DNA of 64,000 nucleotides from Gammaproteobacteria bacterium (GTDB lineage Bacteria; Pseudomonadota; Gammaproteobacteria; Eutrophobiales; Eutrophobiaceae): NCBI GenBank assembly GCA_965261775.1, contig OZ253477.1, positions 355,311 to 419,310 of the forward strand, read 5' to 3'. Shown piece by piece: positions 53,011 to 64,000 of this stretch (position 1 is its first letter; each line of letters starts with the position of its first letter). The notes under the pieces were generated by a model. It saw only the letters and a program-made list of their open reading frames with translations, ran no database searches and was not told where the DNA came from. The position numbers and the translations under genes were made by a program.

Positions 53011-53090
53011 CCCGAAGCAGGTACGTTTGAGGCAACAAGCTCACAGGCGAAAGCCTGTCCAGATAGGCTGGAATTTACAGTAGGAGCACC

Positions 53091-54335
53091 TTAAAAGGTA
53101 GCACTAAGCATCACCCATATTTTTTGAGTATCTTGTGAAAGACTGCCTAAAGGCGCTTGTGCCGCAGCATTATAAGAAGCATACTTTAGGACAAGGGAAT
53201 AATGATTCAAAAAGCCCCACGCAATAAGCCCATTCCACTCATGCCCATAACGGCGATTATCAACTCGAGAAGAAAAATCATGGTAAATGGCGGATAATTT
53301 TATGCTATTTAGAAAACGATGTTTGGTCGTCATTTTATAACCAAGGCTTGCATAAATATCTTCCAGTCCTTTTGCTGGCGTGCTTAAAAATTTATCTGCC
53401 CAACCATTAAATAGATGAGCGGTTGCCAGGGGTGTTTTGAATGCTGTTGTGCCATTGCTGCCAAGTACTTCATAACCCGCTTTAGCTGTTAGCTGTTTGA
53501 ATAACTGAATACCGCCCGCAATATGGTAGTAGTTTGCGTTATAGCTTTGAGGGTTGTTCTTATAGTCGCTTTGATAGGCATATTGGCCGGTATAAAGCAG
53601 ACTTAATTCTTTTGTAATGCCGGTCTTACCAAAAAAACGCGCACCAAAAGTTTGAGAGGAAAGGACAGGCTCTTGTAAGTCCAGCAAATAGGCGTAAGCG
53701 GTTAACTTTCCAAAGGGCGAAAGGCCATAAGAGATATTTACCAGATGAGCATCTGCACTCAAATCGCCTTTGGGATGGGAGTCGCCAAAAATACGATTTA
53801 CGTTATATATATAAATATAAGTAGCCATCGCATTTTCCGGGAAGGATTTAGTAAGAGAAATGGAATCATAAGTCTGGTCATTTTGACGCCAGACAAGCGT
53901 GCCAACAAAGCGCTGGTCGTCTAAATTATAAGGTTGGCGGCCAACTTTTAAGGTCGTTCCAAAAGGCCCTGTCCAGGTTAAGAAAGCATGGTTGACTTCT
54001 GTAGAGTCTGGATCTGCGACAAGGTTATAATCCAGCTTGTTATTTATCCCGTTATTAAAATTATCTTGCCCAAGATAAGTAACATTTTCAAATTCCACCG
54101 AAACACTAAAGTCATAAAATTTTCCACTGTTATAGCCGAGCTTAGTGCGTAATGTAGAAGCATTGGCATCTTTAAGACTGCCTGCCTGAACATTCTCAAA
54201 GCGGTAACGTAAATTGATATAGGGCCTGGCTTCATCAATAAGCGCCTCTTTAAGCTTGTCCGCCGAATAAGCATGGGTTGGGAATATCACGCTAAAGACG
54301 GTTAAACAGGAGATAATAAAAAAAATTATATTCAT
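53091..54335 (-). CDS. Outer-membrane beta-barrel protein (porin-like, family uncertain)
   Basis: Signal peptide, 414 aa, alternating amphipathic strands, C-terminal …LSATF. Confidence 0.6.
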   Translation of the reverse strand: MNIIFFIISCLTVFSVIFPTHAYSADKLKEALIDEARPYINLRYRFENVQAGSLKDANASTLRTKLGYNSGKFYDFSVSVEFENVTYLGQDNFNNGINNKLDYNLVADPDSTEVNHAFLTWTGPFGTTLKVGRQPYNLDDQRFVGTLVWRQNDQTYDSISLTKSFPENAMATYIYIYNVNRIFGDSHPKGDLSADAHLVNISYGLSPFGKLTAYAYLLDLQEPVLSSQTFGARFFGKTGITKELSLLYTGQYAYQSDYKNNPQSYNANYYHIAGGIQLFKQLTAKAGYEVLGSNGTTAFKTPLATAHLFNGWADKFLSTPAKGLEDIYASLGYKMTTKHRFLNSIKLSAIYHDFSSRVDNRRYGHEWNGLIAWGFLNHYSLVLKYASYNAAAQAPLGSLSQDTQKIWVMLSATF

Positions 54336-54759
54336 TTTGTTTTTCTTTTGTTTTCATTATTGGGTTAACGGGGGATCGCTATTTTCCATTTCAAAGCCTA
54401 CAATAAAAGCCTTGCCAACAAGTGGCTGGATATAGCGAAAAGGGTATTTTATTAAAGCCGATAGACCACTAAATACAGGGATCATACTGCGTGGCGTTCA
54501 AACCCGGCTCGTCTTTAATTTTAATGCCGATAATTGAAAAAATAGTCCAAACAGCAAAACAAACGGTAAAAGCAAGCAGGCGGCCCTGGTGCTCTTCTTT
54601 ATTCCAGCAATGTGGTATTGGCTTTCATAAGTCCCTTCCAACTTATTAATATAGTATGATATCTATGTGGCTTGCGTTTATAATGCGGTAGTCGTTACCC
54701 GGCTTGAACCTATCAGTATTCGCTGGGAAAATAGCACAATGCACTTCCGCGTTTATTAA

Positions 54760-56841
54760 TTGTATACAGAAGTATACAGATTCTATCGGATTTTAAGAAT
54801 GATGAAGATAAAAACGGTGATCAAAATTCTGTTCGTCATTATATTCCTGGTTTTTACCGGTTTGGTGGCGATTGTGTCAACAATTGACATCAATCAATAC
54901 AAGGATCGGATAGTCGGTATCGTCCAGAATAGTACGGGTAGAGATTTTCAGATTAGCGGTGATCTGGAACTGGCCTTTTCGCTGACCCCTACTGTTACGA
55001 TCGAGGGTGTTTCGCTGGGTAACGCTGATTGGGGCACTGAAAAAAATATGCTCAGTGCCCAGCATTTCGAAGTGCAGTTATCTCTTATCCCCTTGTTGAA
55101 AAATAACATACAGTTTAAGCGAATAATTTTAACAGACACAGATATTTATCTGGAGACGAACAGAGATGGTCGAGGCAATTGGGCCTTTGAAAACAGGAAA
55201 ACAGCAGACCAAACCCCAAAAACCACCGACACCTCCGCAGGAGCTTTATCTTTTGCTGTTAACGAGGTAAGGATTGAAAAGGCTAATATCAATTACAGGG
55301 ATGGCAAAACCGGCAAGCTGACAAAACTGTCAGTAGATGAAATTGCTTTGAATTCATCCGGTTTTTCCGCCCCAATGGAATTGTCTGTAGAAGCGGCTAT
55401 AAATCAATCTCCTTTTTCCGTTACCGGTACTTTGGGGTCCATAAAGGACTTATTGGCCAATAAGTCCTGGCCGGTCAGCCTGGATGCCAAACTGGCTGAC
55501 ATAACCTTCAGCGCGACCGGCCAATTCGCGCAACCGATGTTTGCCCGGGAGGGTAAGCTGCAAATCGCGCTTTCTATTGAGCAGTTAAGTGATCTAAATG
55601 ATGTGGCAGGTGCGGAGTTTCCCGAGATCGGCCCAATTGCTTTTAACGGAGAAGTAAGCGACACGAAATCGGGTTACCGGGTGAAGGATATGTCTTTACA
55701 GTGGCTTGATGGCGAGCTGGCAGGCGGTCTGCAACTAGAGATGTCGACCCCTCGTCCCAAGTTGATCGCCGATTTATCTTCGGAGCAGTTGGACCTCTCC
55801 CCTTTTCAAACTGAAACTGATTTGAAAAAGACACCTGAAAAGAAAAAAATCTTCTCTGCCGACCCGTTGCCGCTTGATGCTCTCAGGATTGCCGATATTG
55901 ATCTTGAATTGACGAGCAAAAGTTTAATTACCAAAGATTTAACCATTAATGATCTTAAACTGAGGTTTGAACTCAATAACGGTAAATCGAAGACTGCACT
56001 ATCGGGCAAAATAGCGGGGGGTCATTTGAACGCCGATATTGGATTGGATAGCGAGGATGGTAAAACAGCGGCGCTCACCAGTGATATTAAAATTAAACAG
56101 ATTGAAATAGGGCAGTTACCTGTCATCAAAGAAAAAGAATTTCTGACGGGTGGCAGAACGGATATCACAATTAAGGCCAGAGGGACCGGGACAAGTGTCG
56201 ATACTATAATGGGTAGCTTAAATGGAAAATTATTATTACAGGCAGGTCCCGGGAACATCAACAATAAAGCAATGGGGGTTGCCGGTACCGATTTAATCAT
56301 GAGCATTTTGTCCATGTTGAATCCCGGCAATAAAAAAATCGGCAATATTTTTGAATGCGCCGTGATCAATTTTGATATCAAATCGGGTATCGCGACTGCA
56401 GACAGGGGGATTGGGCTGGTAACAAATCATTTGAATATCAGCGGGGGCGGTCATATTGATCTGAAAACCGAAACGCTTGATGTGGGTATCAAGCCGGAAG
56501 CAAGACAAGGTGTTGATATTAGTCTTGGTCAGCTTGCCGGACTAGTCCGGGTCGGCGGCACCCTGGCAGATCCTGAAATCAAGCTGGATAAAAAAGAAGC
56601 GCTGAAAACCGTACTGTCAACTGGCGTTGCGGTAGCGACAGGGGGCGCCTCTCTATTATTGACAACGTTGCTGGAAGGAAGTGATGGTGGCGAGAATCCC
56701 TGCGATATTGCATTGGGTATATCAGGCAAGAGGAAAACAGTGCAGAAAAAATCAACACGGGAGAATGACGCTGAAAAATTGATGCCATTCAATAAAGATA
56801 TAATAAAGGACGTTGGCGATGAGCTAAAAAGGCTGTTTTGA
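54760..56841 (+). CDS. asmA: AsmA-family protein (true start possibly at 54799, MMKIKTV)
   Basis: N-terminal TM anchor plus an AsmA N-domain (…DFQISGDLELAFSLTPTVTIEGVSLGNADWG…), ~690 aa. Confidence 0.75.
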   Translation: MYTEVYRFYRILRMMKIKTVIKILFVIIFLVFTGLVAIVSTIDINQYKDRIVGIVQNSTGRDFQISGDLELAFSLTPTVTIEGVSLGNADWGTEKNMLSAQHFEVQLSLIPLLKNNIQFKRIILTDTDIYLETNRDGRGNWAFENRKTADQTPKTTDTSAGALSFAVNEVRIEKANINYRDGKTGKLTKLSVDEIALNSSGFSAPMELSVEAAINQSPFSVTGTLGSIKDLLANKSWPVSLDAKLADITFSATGQFAQPMFAREGKLQIALSIEQLSDLNDVAGAEFPEIGPIAFNGEVSDTKSGYRVKDMSLQWLDGELAGGLQLEMSTPRPKLIADLSSEQLDLSPFQTETDLKKTPEKKKIFSADPLPLDALRIADIDLELTSKSLITKDLTINDLKLRFELNNGKSKTALSGKIAGGHLNADIGLDSEDGKTAALTSDIKIKQIEIGQLPVIKEKEFLTGGRTDITIKARGTGTSVDTIMGSLNGKLLLQAGPGNINNKAMGVAGTDLIMSILSMLNPGNKKIGNIFECAVINFDIKSGIATADRGIGLVTNHLNISGGGHIDLKTETLDVGIKPEARQGVDISLGQLAGLVRVGGTLADPEIKLDKKEALKTVLSTGVAVATGGASLLLTTLLEGSDGGENPCDIALGISGKRKTVQKKSTRENDAEKLMPFNKDIIKDVGDELKRLF

Positions 56842-56867
56842 TCCAGACGTTAAACCTGCTGGAAGCG

Positions 56868-57716
56868 TTACGGCGTAATTCTCACTTCCAGATGGAGAGC
56901 CTTAATTTGCGCGGCCAGATCTTTAAACCAGTCTGAATCAAGTTTTCCGATAAAGGCGGCCTCCGTCTGCTGAGATGGCCTTTCAACACCATACAGGAAG
57001 ACACCCTTAATGGGAATTCCGTCCCGCAACGCCATTTTTAATAGATCAATATAAGCCTTGCTTTCCGCCGCCGACGGTGGTTTTTTATGGTAGGAAAAAA
57101 AACAGGTCTGTATCCAGGTTGGACACAGATTGGCAACCGTTTTCAGGCGTTTCAGCACCGCGGTTGCGGTGCTGTGGATTTGATTTATTTTCGCCATACC
57201 GGCGGGTGTGGCGCTGTCGATTTTGAACCAGACCTGCCCGTTGATACCGACCATTTTTTTTAATCCTTGTATAACATGCTCCTGATTGACCCTGCTGCCA
57301 TTTGTGATCAACACACATTTTACCGAATTGGATAATCGATATTCATTAACAACGAGTGTGATCAGATCAATCACCTGTTCAAATTCGCGTGCCATCGTGG
57401 GTTCGCCATTTCCTGATATGGAAATATCCTTTATCAGCCGGGCGTCTTTGGGAAACTGTTCTCTTTCGTAGAAGTCACCATCTATCACATAGGACAGAAA
57501 ATATCTGAGTTCATGTTCCAGTTTATCCAGATCGATCCAGGGCGCTCTGCCCCGGGTTAAATCAGGCACCTGACAATAGATGCAGCGCCAGTTGCAGGCA
57601 TTATTGATATTTAAGTTGATGCCGATGGACAACCCCCCCGCTCGCCTGGAGAAAACCGGATAGACATATGTCAATCCTGCCTTGTCACGGTCATGATTGT
57701 CCGTACTTAAAACCAT
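56868..57716 (-). CDS. Radical SAM domain protein
   Basis: CNWRCIYC (CX3CX2C) cluster motif plus GNGEP. It is directly downstream of the MFS-acyltransferase gene, as a probable operon. Confidence 0.65.
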   Translation of the reverse strand: MVLSTDNHDRDKAGLTYVYPVFSRRAGGLSIGINLNINNACNWRCIYCQVPDLTRGRAPWIDLDKLEHELRYFLSYVIDGDFYEREQFPKDARLIKDISISGNGEPTMAREFEQVIDLITLVVNEYRLSNSVKCVLITNGSRVNQEHVIQGLKKMVGINGQVWFKIDSATPAGMAKINQIHSTATAVLKRLKTVANLCPTWIQTCFFSYHKKPPSAAESKAYIDLLKMALRDGIPIKGVFLYGVERPSQQTEAAFIGKLDSDWFKDLAAQIKALHLEVRITP

Positions 57717-59519
57717 TCAGATCGCCCCGGAGTCCAACAGGGGCTTTAAATCTATTGCCTGAATATCGGAGGACAAGACCTCGCCAAAGGCAACCGTAAT
57801 ATCGCGTCTGGCACCAGCACGCGGCTTTTCCGGTTTTTTGCCGATGTTGTCTTGCAGAAAAAACGGCAAGATCACGGCATCGCCAGCTTTCGCCAATTTT
57901 CCATAAGTGGACAAAAACCTGTCTGCTGACCGGGCAGGATTTACCGCGCTTTCGGGGAAAAAACAGACAACATCACCTCCGCGCAGACTGTCAATGACCT
58001 TTTTGCAGGACTGTTCGCCCATCAAAGAAGAGACAGGGATAACATTAAACCGTGTCAAAAACCATTTCAGAACCCGGCCCCGATAAATATCGTGCGGTAT
58101 CACAAAGCGGATGGCGCGCGGCGAGGCCATCTGAACAATGGCCAGATCAACCCAGTTGTTGGAATTGCCTGCCATTAATACTCCAGCGGCTTCCGGCATA
58201 TGCTTCAACCCCGTTACCCGCAGGCGATAACAATATCCGATAATATAGCCGACAATAAAACGAAGTAGCGATTGCGGCAGTTTGTAGAGCATATAGAGGG
58301 TCCCTGCCACCGAGACCACAAGCAATATGGCAAACAGATTTTCGCTGTTGAGGCCATACAACGCAAACATCGCCACCAAGCCCAGAGAACAGAGCATCAT
58401 GCAATTCCGCAGGAAATTGCTGCCAGCCACGATGCGACCGAGCTCGTCTTTCGCTGCATGAAACTGAATCAGAGCATTAAGCGGGATCAATACAAAACCG
58501 CCGAACACACCCCAGATTAAAAAATTAAACGCCTGCCAATAGACATTACCAAGATAAGGCAGGATAAAAAGACATAAAGCGATCCCCACCAGGCCCACGG
58601 GCATCATGCCGATTTCAATATAAGTGTCCGATAAACGACCAGCGATGACTGATCCCAGCATAATACCAAGTCCAGCCCAGGCCAGAGTCCCCTGCACAAT
58701 AACCGTATTATTGATTTTCATGACTTCTTCGGCATAAGTCGGAAAGGCGGCCAGCATGACCTGTGAGATTGACCAGAAAATAGCAAGGCCGATAACGGAA
58801 AATAAAATAACTTTGCGGTGCCATATAACGTGCATATTGTGCTGTAGATATTGGCCGCGGACGTATTTTTTCAGGGAAAACCGCATTGACTTATTAAGTT
58901 CGGTTTTTTGTGGCAGGCTGTAAGCCAGCATCAATTCGATTAGACTGAATATCACCAATCCCCAGCCAATCGGCGCGATGTTGTTCAGTACCGAGGCCAG
59001 GTCATTGTAAAAAACATCGCTCAGAAAGTATTCAAACAGGATTGAAAAGATAAAGATACCGGCCAAAATCGAAATAGTCGTTACCATTTGCACCAGACCA
59101 TTCGCGGCCGCGAGATGTTCCTTACCCACCATCTCCTTAATGAAGCCATATTTTGCCGGAGAATAAAATGTACTTTGCAGGGCCAATATAAAGGTCATCA
59201 CAAACGCTGGCCAGAACCAACCCAGATAATAAAAAAGCGTAATACACAGTGTAATAAACACCGCCACCCATGAGGTAACGCGCATCACCCTGTTTTTTGG
59301 GTATTTATCTGAACAGAAACCGGCCGGAGACATTAACAGGATAAACGGCAGGAGTATGAGCGCATTGACTATCGCGGTTAATATGATTTGATTTTGTCCT
59401 TCATAGACTTTGAAGATCGTATTCTGGATAACAATCTTGTGCCCCAGATCAACAAAGGCGTTCAGGAATATCACCAGGATATAGGCGAAGAAGCCGCGAT
59501 ATTTCAATAACATTAACAT
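57717..59519 (-). CDS. MFS transporter (LplT-like) fused to a PlsC-type acyltransferase domain
   Basis: 12-TM MFS N-terminal ~400 aa plus a C-terminal ~190-aa acyltransferase-like domain, 600 aa. Confidence 0.6.
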   Translation of the reverse strand: MLMLLKYRGFFAYILVIFLNAFVDLGHKIVIQNTIFKVYEGQNQIILTAIVNALILLPFILLMSPAGFCSDKYPKNRVMRVTSWVAVFITLCITLFYYLGWFWPAFVMTFILALQSTFYSPAKYGFIKEMVGKEHLAAANGLVQMVTTISILAGIFIFSILFEYFLSDVFYNDLASVLNNIAPIGWGLVIFSLIELMLAYSLPQKTELNKSMRFSLKKYVRGQYLQHNMHVIWHRKVILFSVIGLAIFWSISQVMLAAFPTYAEEVMKINNTVIVQGTLAWAGLGIMLGSVIAGRLSDTYIEIGMMPVGLVGIALCLFILPYLGNVYWQAFNFLIWGVFGGFVLIPLNALIQFHAAKDELGRIVAGSNFLRNCMMLCSLGLVAMFALYGLNSENLFAILLVVSVAGTLYMLYKLPQSLLRFIVGYIIGYCYRLRVTGLKHMPEAAGVLMAGNSNNWVDLAIVQMASPRAIRFVIPHDIYRGRVLKWFLTRFNVIPVSSLMGEQSCKKVIDSLRGGDVVCFFPESAVNPARSADRFLSTYGKLAKAGDAVILPFFLQDNIGKKPEKPRAGARRDITVAFGEVLSSDIQAIDLKPLLDSGAI

Positions 59520-59583
59520 TGTCGTATTACTATCGACGTTCTGCGTAATCCGCAGATTATTATGGATTATAAAAACCGCTTCT

Positions 59584-60909
<1,326 letters not shown>

Positions 60910-61105
60910 TTAAAATCAGGCAAAAATGTGAAACGGTGCCCGGTTTTTCGTCTGTAATAGCGATTGTTGTTGGAATCTTTAGCACCTGTTTCATCTTGTG
61001 CACAGAAATGACCCTTTACGCTATGCCCCTTGACACAACGCTTCGCGCTCTACGTGAGGAGGTTGTCTGCAGACTGTGAAATTTGTCCCGATGAACTGAC
61101 TGGTT

Positions 61106-62284
61106 TCAGATTCTTTTAATAATCCATTCGTCATTTTCAAAAACAAGTTGTTGTTCGCAACCCATCGCTTTCGCGTCGGCCTGCTGACCGTCCAGTTCTC
61201 TAATAACAATTTTCCCTGCCTGTCGTAAGGCCCCCACTTTTTTTTTCAGTGCCGCATCGTCTGACGCCGGAGCAAATATGCTTTCTGCCCTTGTAGTAGG
61301 CGTCCCAGTGAATTTTTTCAATGATTTTACATCAGTGCTGAAACCGGTAGCGGGTCGCGCCCGACCGAAGGCGTCGCCGACATTGTCATAGCGACCGCCG
61401 AAAGCAATTCCCTCACCCTCTCCAAGCGCGAACGCGGTATAGATTATCCCTGTATGATAATGATAACCACGCAACTCGGCCAGATCGATATTCACCAGAA
61501 CACCGGTCTCGCCTTCAATATATTTTGCCAGAATTTCCAACTCCTCAATATAGGGGATGACATTTTTGAACATTTTTCCGAGCAGTTTCCGGGCTTCCTT
61601 CAATACTGAAATATCACCGTTAAATTTAAGCAATTCCCGGAAGGCGAGGCTCCTCTCGTCGGAGATACGCTGCTCTCTGTAAAAAGCATCCAGCTCATCT
61701 ACGGCCTTGCGCTGTAGTATGTCAAATACGATTTTGCGCTGCGGCTCATCCAGTGATGAAACGGCACCAAGCGAGCGAAAAACGCCGACATGTGCCAGAT
61801 CGATACAAACTTTTTCAATACCCGCACACTTTAATGCGGCCAGCATCAATTTGACGATTTCAATATCACTGGCAATCCCGGCATGACCATATAGTTCTGC
61901 GCCCAACTGCAAGGGAGAACGTGTCTGGCCGGATTTATTTGCCCGTGTGTGTAGTACCGAGCCGAGGTAACAAAGCCGGGTGGGAACATCGCGTTTCAAA
62001 AGATGCGAATCAATGCGGGCGATCTGCGGGGTAATATCCGCACGGATCCCCATCAGACGGCCATTGAGTTGATCCGTGATCTTGAATGTTTTCAAATCAA
62101 GGTCGGCGCCGGTTGCCGTCAACAGCGATTCCAGATATTCGATCATCGGCGGGATGACAAACTCATAGCCCCAACTCAAGAACAAATCGATCAGCTCCCG
62201 GCAGAGCTGCTCCATTTGCATCGCCTTTGGTGGCAATATCTCTTCAATTCCTTCCGGCAGGAGACAGCGATTGATAATACTCAT
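61106..62284 (-). CDS. hisZ: ATP phosphoribosyltransferase regulatory subunit
   Basis: HisRS-like paralog, 392 aa, in the conserved hflC-hisZ-purA order. Confidence 0.85.
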   Translation of the reverse strand: MSIINRCLLPEGIEEILPPKAMQMEQLCRELIDLFLSWGYEFVIPPMIEYLESLLTATGADLDLKTFKITDQLNGRLMGIRADITPQIARIDSHLLKRDVPTRLCYLGSVLHTRANKSGQTRSPLQLGAELYGHAGIASDIEIVKLMLAALKCAGIEKVCIDLAHVGVFRSLGAVSSLDEPQRKIVFDILQRKAVDELDAFYREQRISDERSLAFRELLKFNGDISVLKEARKLLGKMFKNVIPYIEELEILAKYIEGETGVLVNIDLAELRGYHYHTGIIYTAFALGEGEGIAFGGRYDNVGDAFGRARPATGFSTDVKSLKKFTGTPTTRAESIFAPASDDAALKKKVGALRQAGKIVIRELDGQQADAKAMGCEQQLVFENDEWIIKRI

Positions 62285-62434
62285 GATGACACCTGTTTCA
62301 ACAACAGGAGACAGTTCGGACTGGATAGCAGGAACATCGGATAATACTTAATAAAAAAGAATAAAAAAGGAATTTATCTTATTGTAAAGTATAATAAAAA
62401 ATATTGGTATCTAATCCCGAAGATAACTCAGCGT

Positions 62435-62632
62435 TCATCCGGAAATATAAAGCAGTATGATACCGATCATCATGCTGGTGAGACCTAAAAAACACAATGT
62501 CTGATTATCTTTCTGTGCCAGCAACAATAACATTTTACGCATCCCTTCGGGGTTTAAAAACGGGAATAATCCTTCCAGTACGAAGACCAGTGCCAGTGCC
62601 ACCCAGAGATCGGAAAGATTAATATCAAACAA
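62435..62632 (-). CDS. DUF2065-family small membrane protein (YjeT-like)
   Basis: 65 aa, 2 TM, in the conserved position between hflC and hisZ. Confidence 0.5.
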   Translation of the reverse strand: MFDINLSDLWVALALVFVLEGLFPFLNPEGMRKMLLLLAQKDNQTLCFLGLTSMMIGIILLYISG

Positions 62633-62672
62633 CCATTATCGCCGTGTGAGTTGGCCTGATAAACGGCAATAT

Positions 62673-63533
62673 TTATTGGCCCCTGGCACTATTGAAATAA
62701 CGGAAGAAATCAGATTTGGGTTCAATCAGTAGAATATCACTGCCACTACTAAAGCTGTTTTGATAGGCATTCAGACTGCGGTACAGTGAATAGAACTCTC
62801 CATTTTTGTTGTAGGCTGCCGCATAAGTTTCAGTGGCCAGCGCGTCTCCTTCCCCGCGGATAATCTCGGCGTCTCGATAAGCGTTGGCGAGGATGATTGC
62901 CCGTTCCTTGTCGGCGTTGGCGGTGATACGTTCAGCCGCTTCCGAACCTCGTGCCCGAAAATCCTTCGCTACCCGGTTTCGTTCGGCGCGCATACGTGCA
63001 TAAACGGAATTGCTGACCTCGGAAGGCAGATCAATACGTTTGGTACGTACATCCACCACGGAAATACCTAGTTCATCCAGCGAACTCGCCGTTGAAGAGA
63101 GGACCACATTTAAAATCTCGGTACGCTCGCCTGCGACAACCTGTTGTACCGTACGCTCGCCAAATTCATCCCGCAGGGCACGGTTAATACGTTGCGCTAA
63201 AAGACCGTTAGCATAAAGCACGTCGCCTCGTGTCGCCGTATAAAATTTTTCAATATCCATAATCCGCCATTTGACGTAATAATCGACGATCACATCTTTC
63301 TTTTCCTGGGTCAGAAAACGTTGCGGTTCCTGATCAAGGTTTAACAGGCGTTTTTCAAATTTCCGTGCAATATTGACTAATGGCACCATGGCATGAAGCC
63401 CGGGTTTGAAATCAGATTGCTGAATTTCACGGAACTTGAACAAAACGGCTTGCTCATATTGCTTGACCGTGAACAGCGAAAAATAGGCCCCGACGGTAAT
63501 CACGGCCGCGAAGATTAAAATTTTGATTGGCAT
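62673..63533 (-). CDS. hflC: Protease modulator HflC
   Basis: SPFH/band-7 domain, N-terminal TM, 286 aa. Confidence 0.85.
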   Translation of the reverse strand: MPIKILIFAAVITVGAYFSLFTVKQYEQAVLFKFREIQQSDFKPGLHAMVPLVNIARKFEKRLLNLDQEPQRFLTQEKKDVIVDYYVKWRIMDIEKFYTATRGDVLYANGLLAQRINRALRDEFGERTVQQVVAGERTEILNVVLSSTASSLDELGISVVDVRTKRIDLPSEVSNSVYARMRAERNRVAKDFRARGSEAAERITANADKERAIILANAYRDAEIIRGEGDALATETYAAAYNKNGEFYSLYRSLNAYQNSFSSGSDILLIEPKSDFFRYFNSARGQ

Positions 63534-64000
63534 CAGCGTATTCCTCTGATTCGCTTTTCCAGGGATTCCCGGATATTACTTGTTGATGATGCAGACGAAC
63601 TGTTCGCCCCGGGAACCATAATATTGCCGTTATCTCGGCGTTTTTCAAGCAAGCGATCTATTGGCAGATAGAGCAAACTGTTGCCGTTATCATTATCAAT
63701 CAGTACCTTGTTGGTACTGGCCAATACAGATTCAATCGCATCCAGATACAGACGTTCCCGCGTGACCTCCGGCGCTCGCTGATATTCTGTTAAAAGCTGT
63801 TCGAAACGACTGGCCTCGCCTTCCGCTTTGGAAACCACGCGCGACTTATAGGCATCGGCCTCTTCACCCAGACGGGCGGCGGCTCCACGCGCCTTGGGGA
63901 TAATATCATTGCGATAGGCCTCCGCTTCATTTACCAGACGTTGTTCATCTTCCCGCGCTTTGATGGCGTCATCAAAGGCCGCCTTCACCTCTTCCGGTGG
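63533..64000 (-). CDS. hflK: Protease modulator HflK (C-terminal part; the gene continues beyond the window end)
   Basis: C-terminal HflK region …EAEAYRNDIIPKARG…TRERLYLDAIESVL…. Confidence 0.8.
   Translation of the reverse strand, partial: PPEEVKAAFDDAIKAREDEQRLVNEAEAYRNDIIPKARGAAARLGEEADAYKSRVVSKAEGEASRFEQLLTEYQRAPEVTRERLYLDAIESVLASTNKVLIDNDNGNSLLYLPIDRLLEKRRDNGNIMVPGANSSSASSTSNIRESLEKRIRGIR

Overview
This is a 64-kb chromosomal segment of a Gram-negative proteobacterium. The hflK-hflC-DUF2065-hisZ-purA, rng-yhdP and aminotransferase-hom-thrC-recJ gene orders fit Gamma-/Betaproteobacteria, and the hopanoid genes hpnH/hpnI lie next to dxs. About 36 kb of ordinary housekeeping genes sit between two large repeat-rich accessory loci that encode FrpA/FrpC-type RTX proteins. 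These proteins consist of GGXGXD nonapeptide blocks alternating with ~100-aa '[10 protein letters not shown]…[12 protein letters not shown]' modules and are probable type I secretion substrates. The housekeeping core is nnr-tsaE, a partial mnh/mrp-like EFG-B-B cluster, yhdP-rng, mlaA, an MlaC/HpnM-like gene, hpnI-hpnH, dxs, aroC, tldD, hom-thrC-recJ, copAB, asmA, purA-hisZ-hflCK and others. Locus 1 (about 840..8005) holds an intact 1779-aa RTX gene with a perfect internal 687-bp tandem duplication, a convergent terminator pair, a 19-copy 44-bp tandem repeat array whose unit carries an ATTCCC-N8-GGGAAT hairpin, and a decayed RTX remnant. It is flanked by two copies of a Mod-type DNA methyltransferase 5' end. 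Locus 2 (44020..53090) holds a ~7-kb FrpC-like RTX gene that is broken by several small indels. Its N-terminal region has an unrecognised ~180-aa domain, an 18-bp x9 (GSTDSS)n linker repeat and what looks like an Asp-Pro self-processing module (SPM, the 'clip-and-link' type). Upstream of it lies an AT-rich operon of three small secreted or lipoprotein genes, one with a lytic-transglycosylase-like motif, plus another RTX module fragment and an IS3-family transposase remnant. The many long plus-strand ORFs across the RTX genes and across the 44-bp array are antisense or repeat artefacts. No T1SS transporter genes, CRISPR array, tRNA or rRNA were seen in the window.
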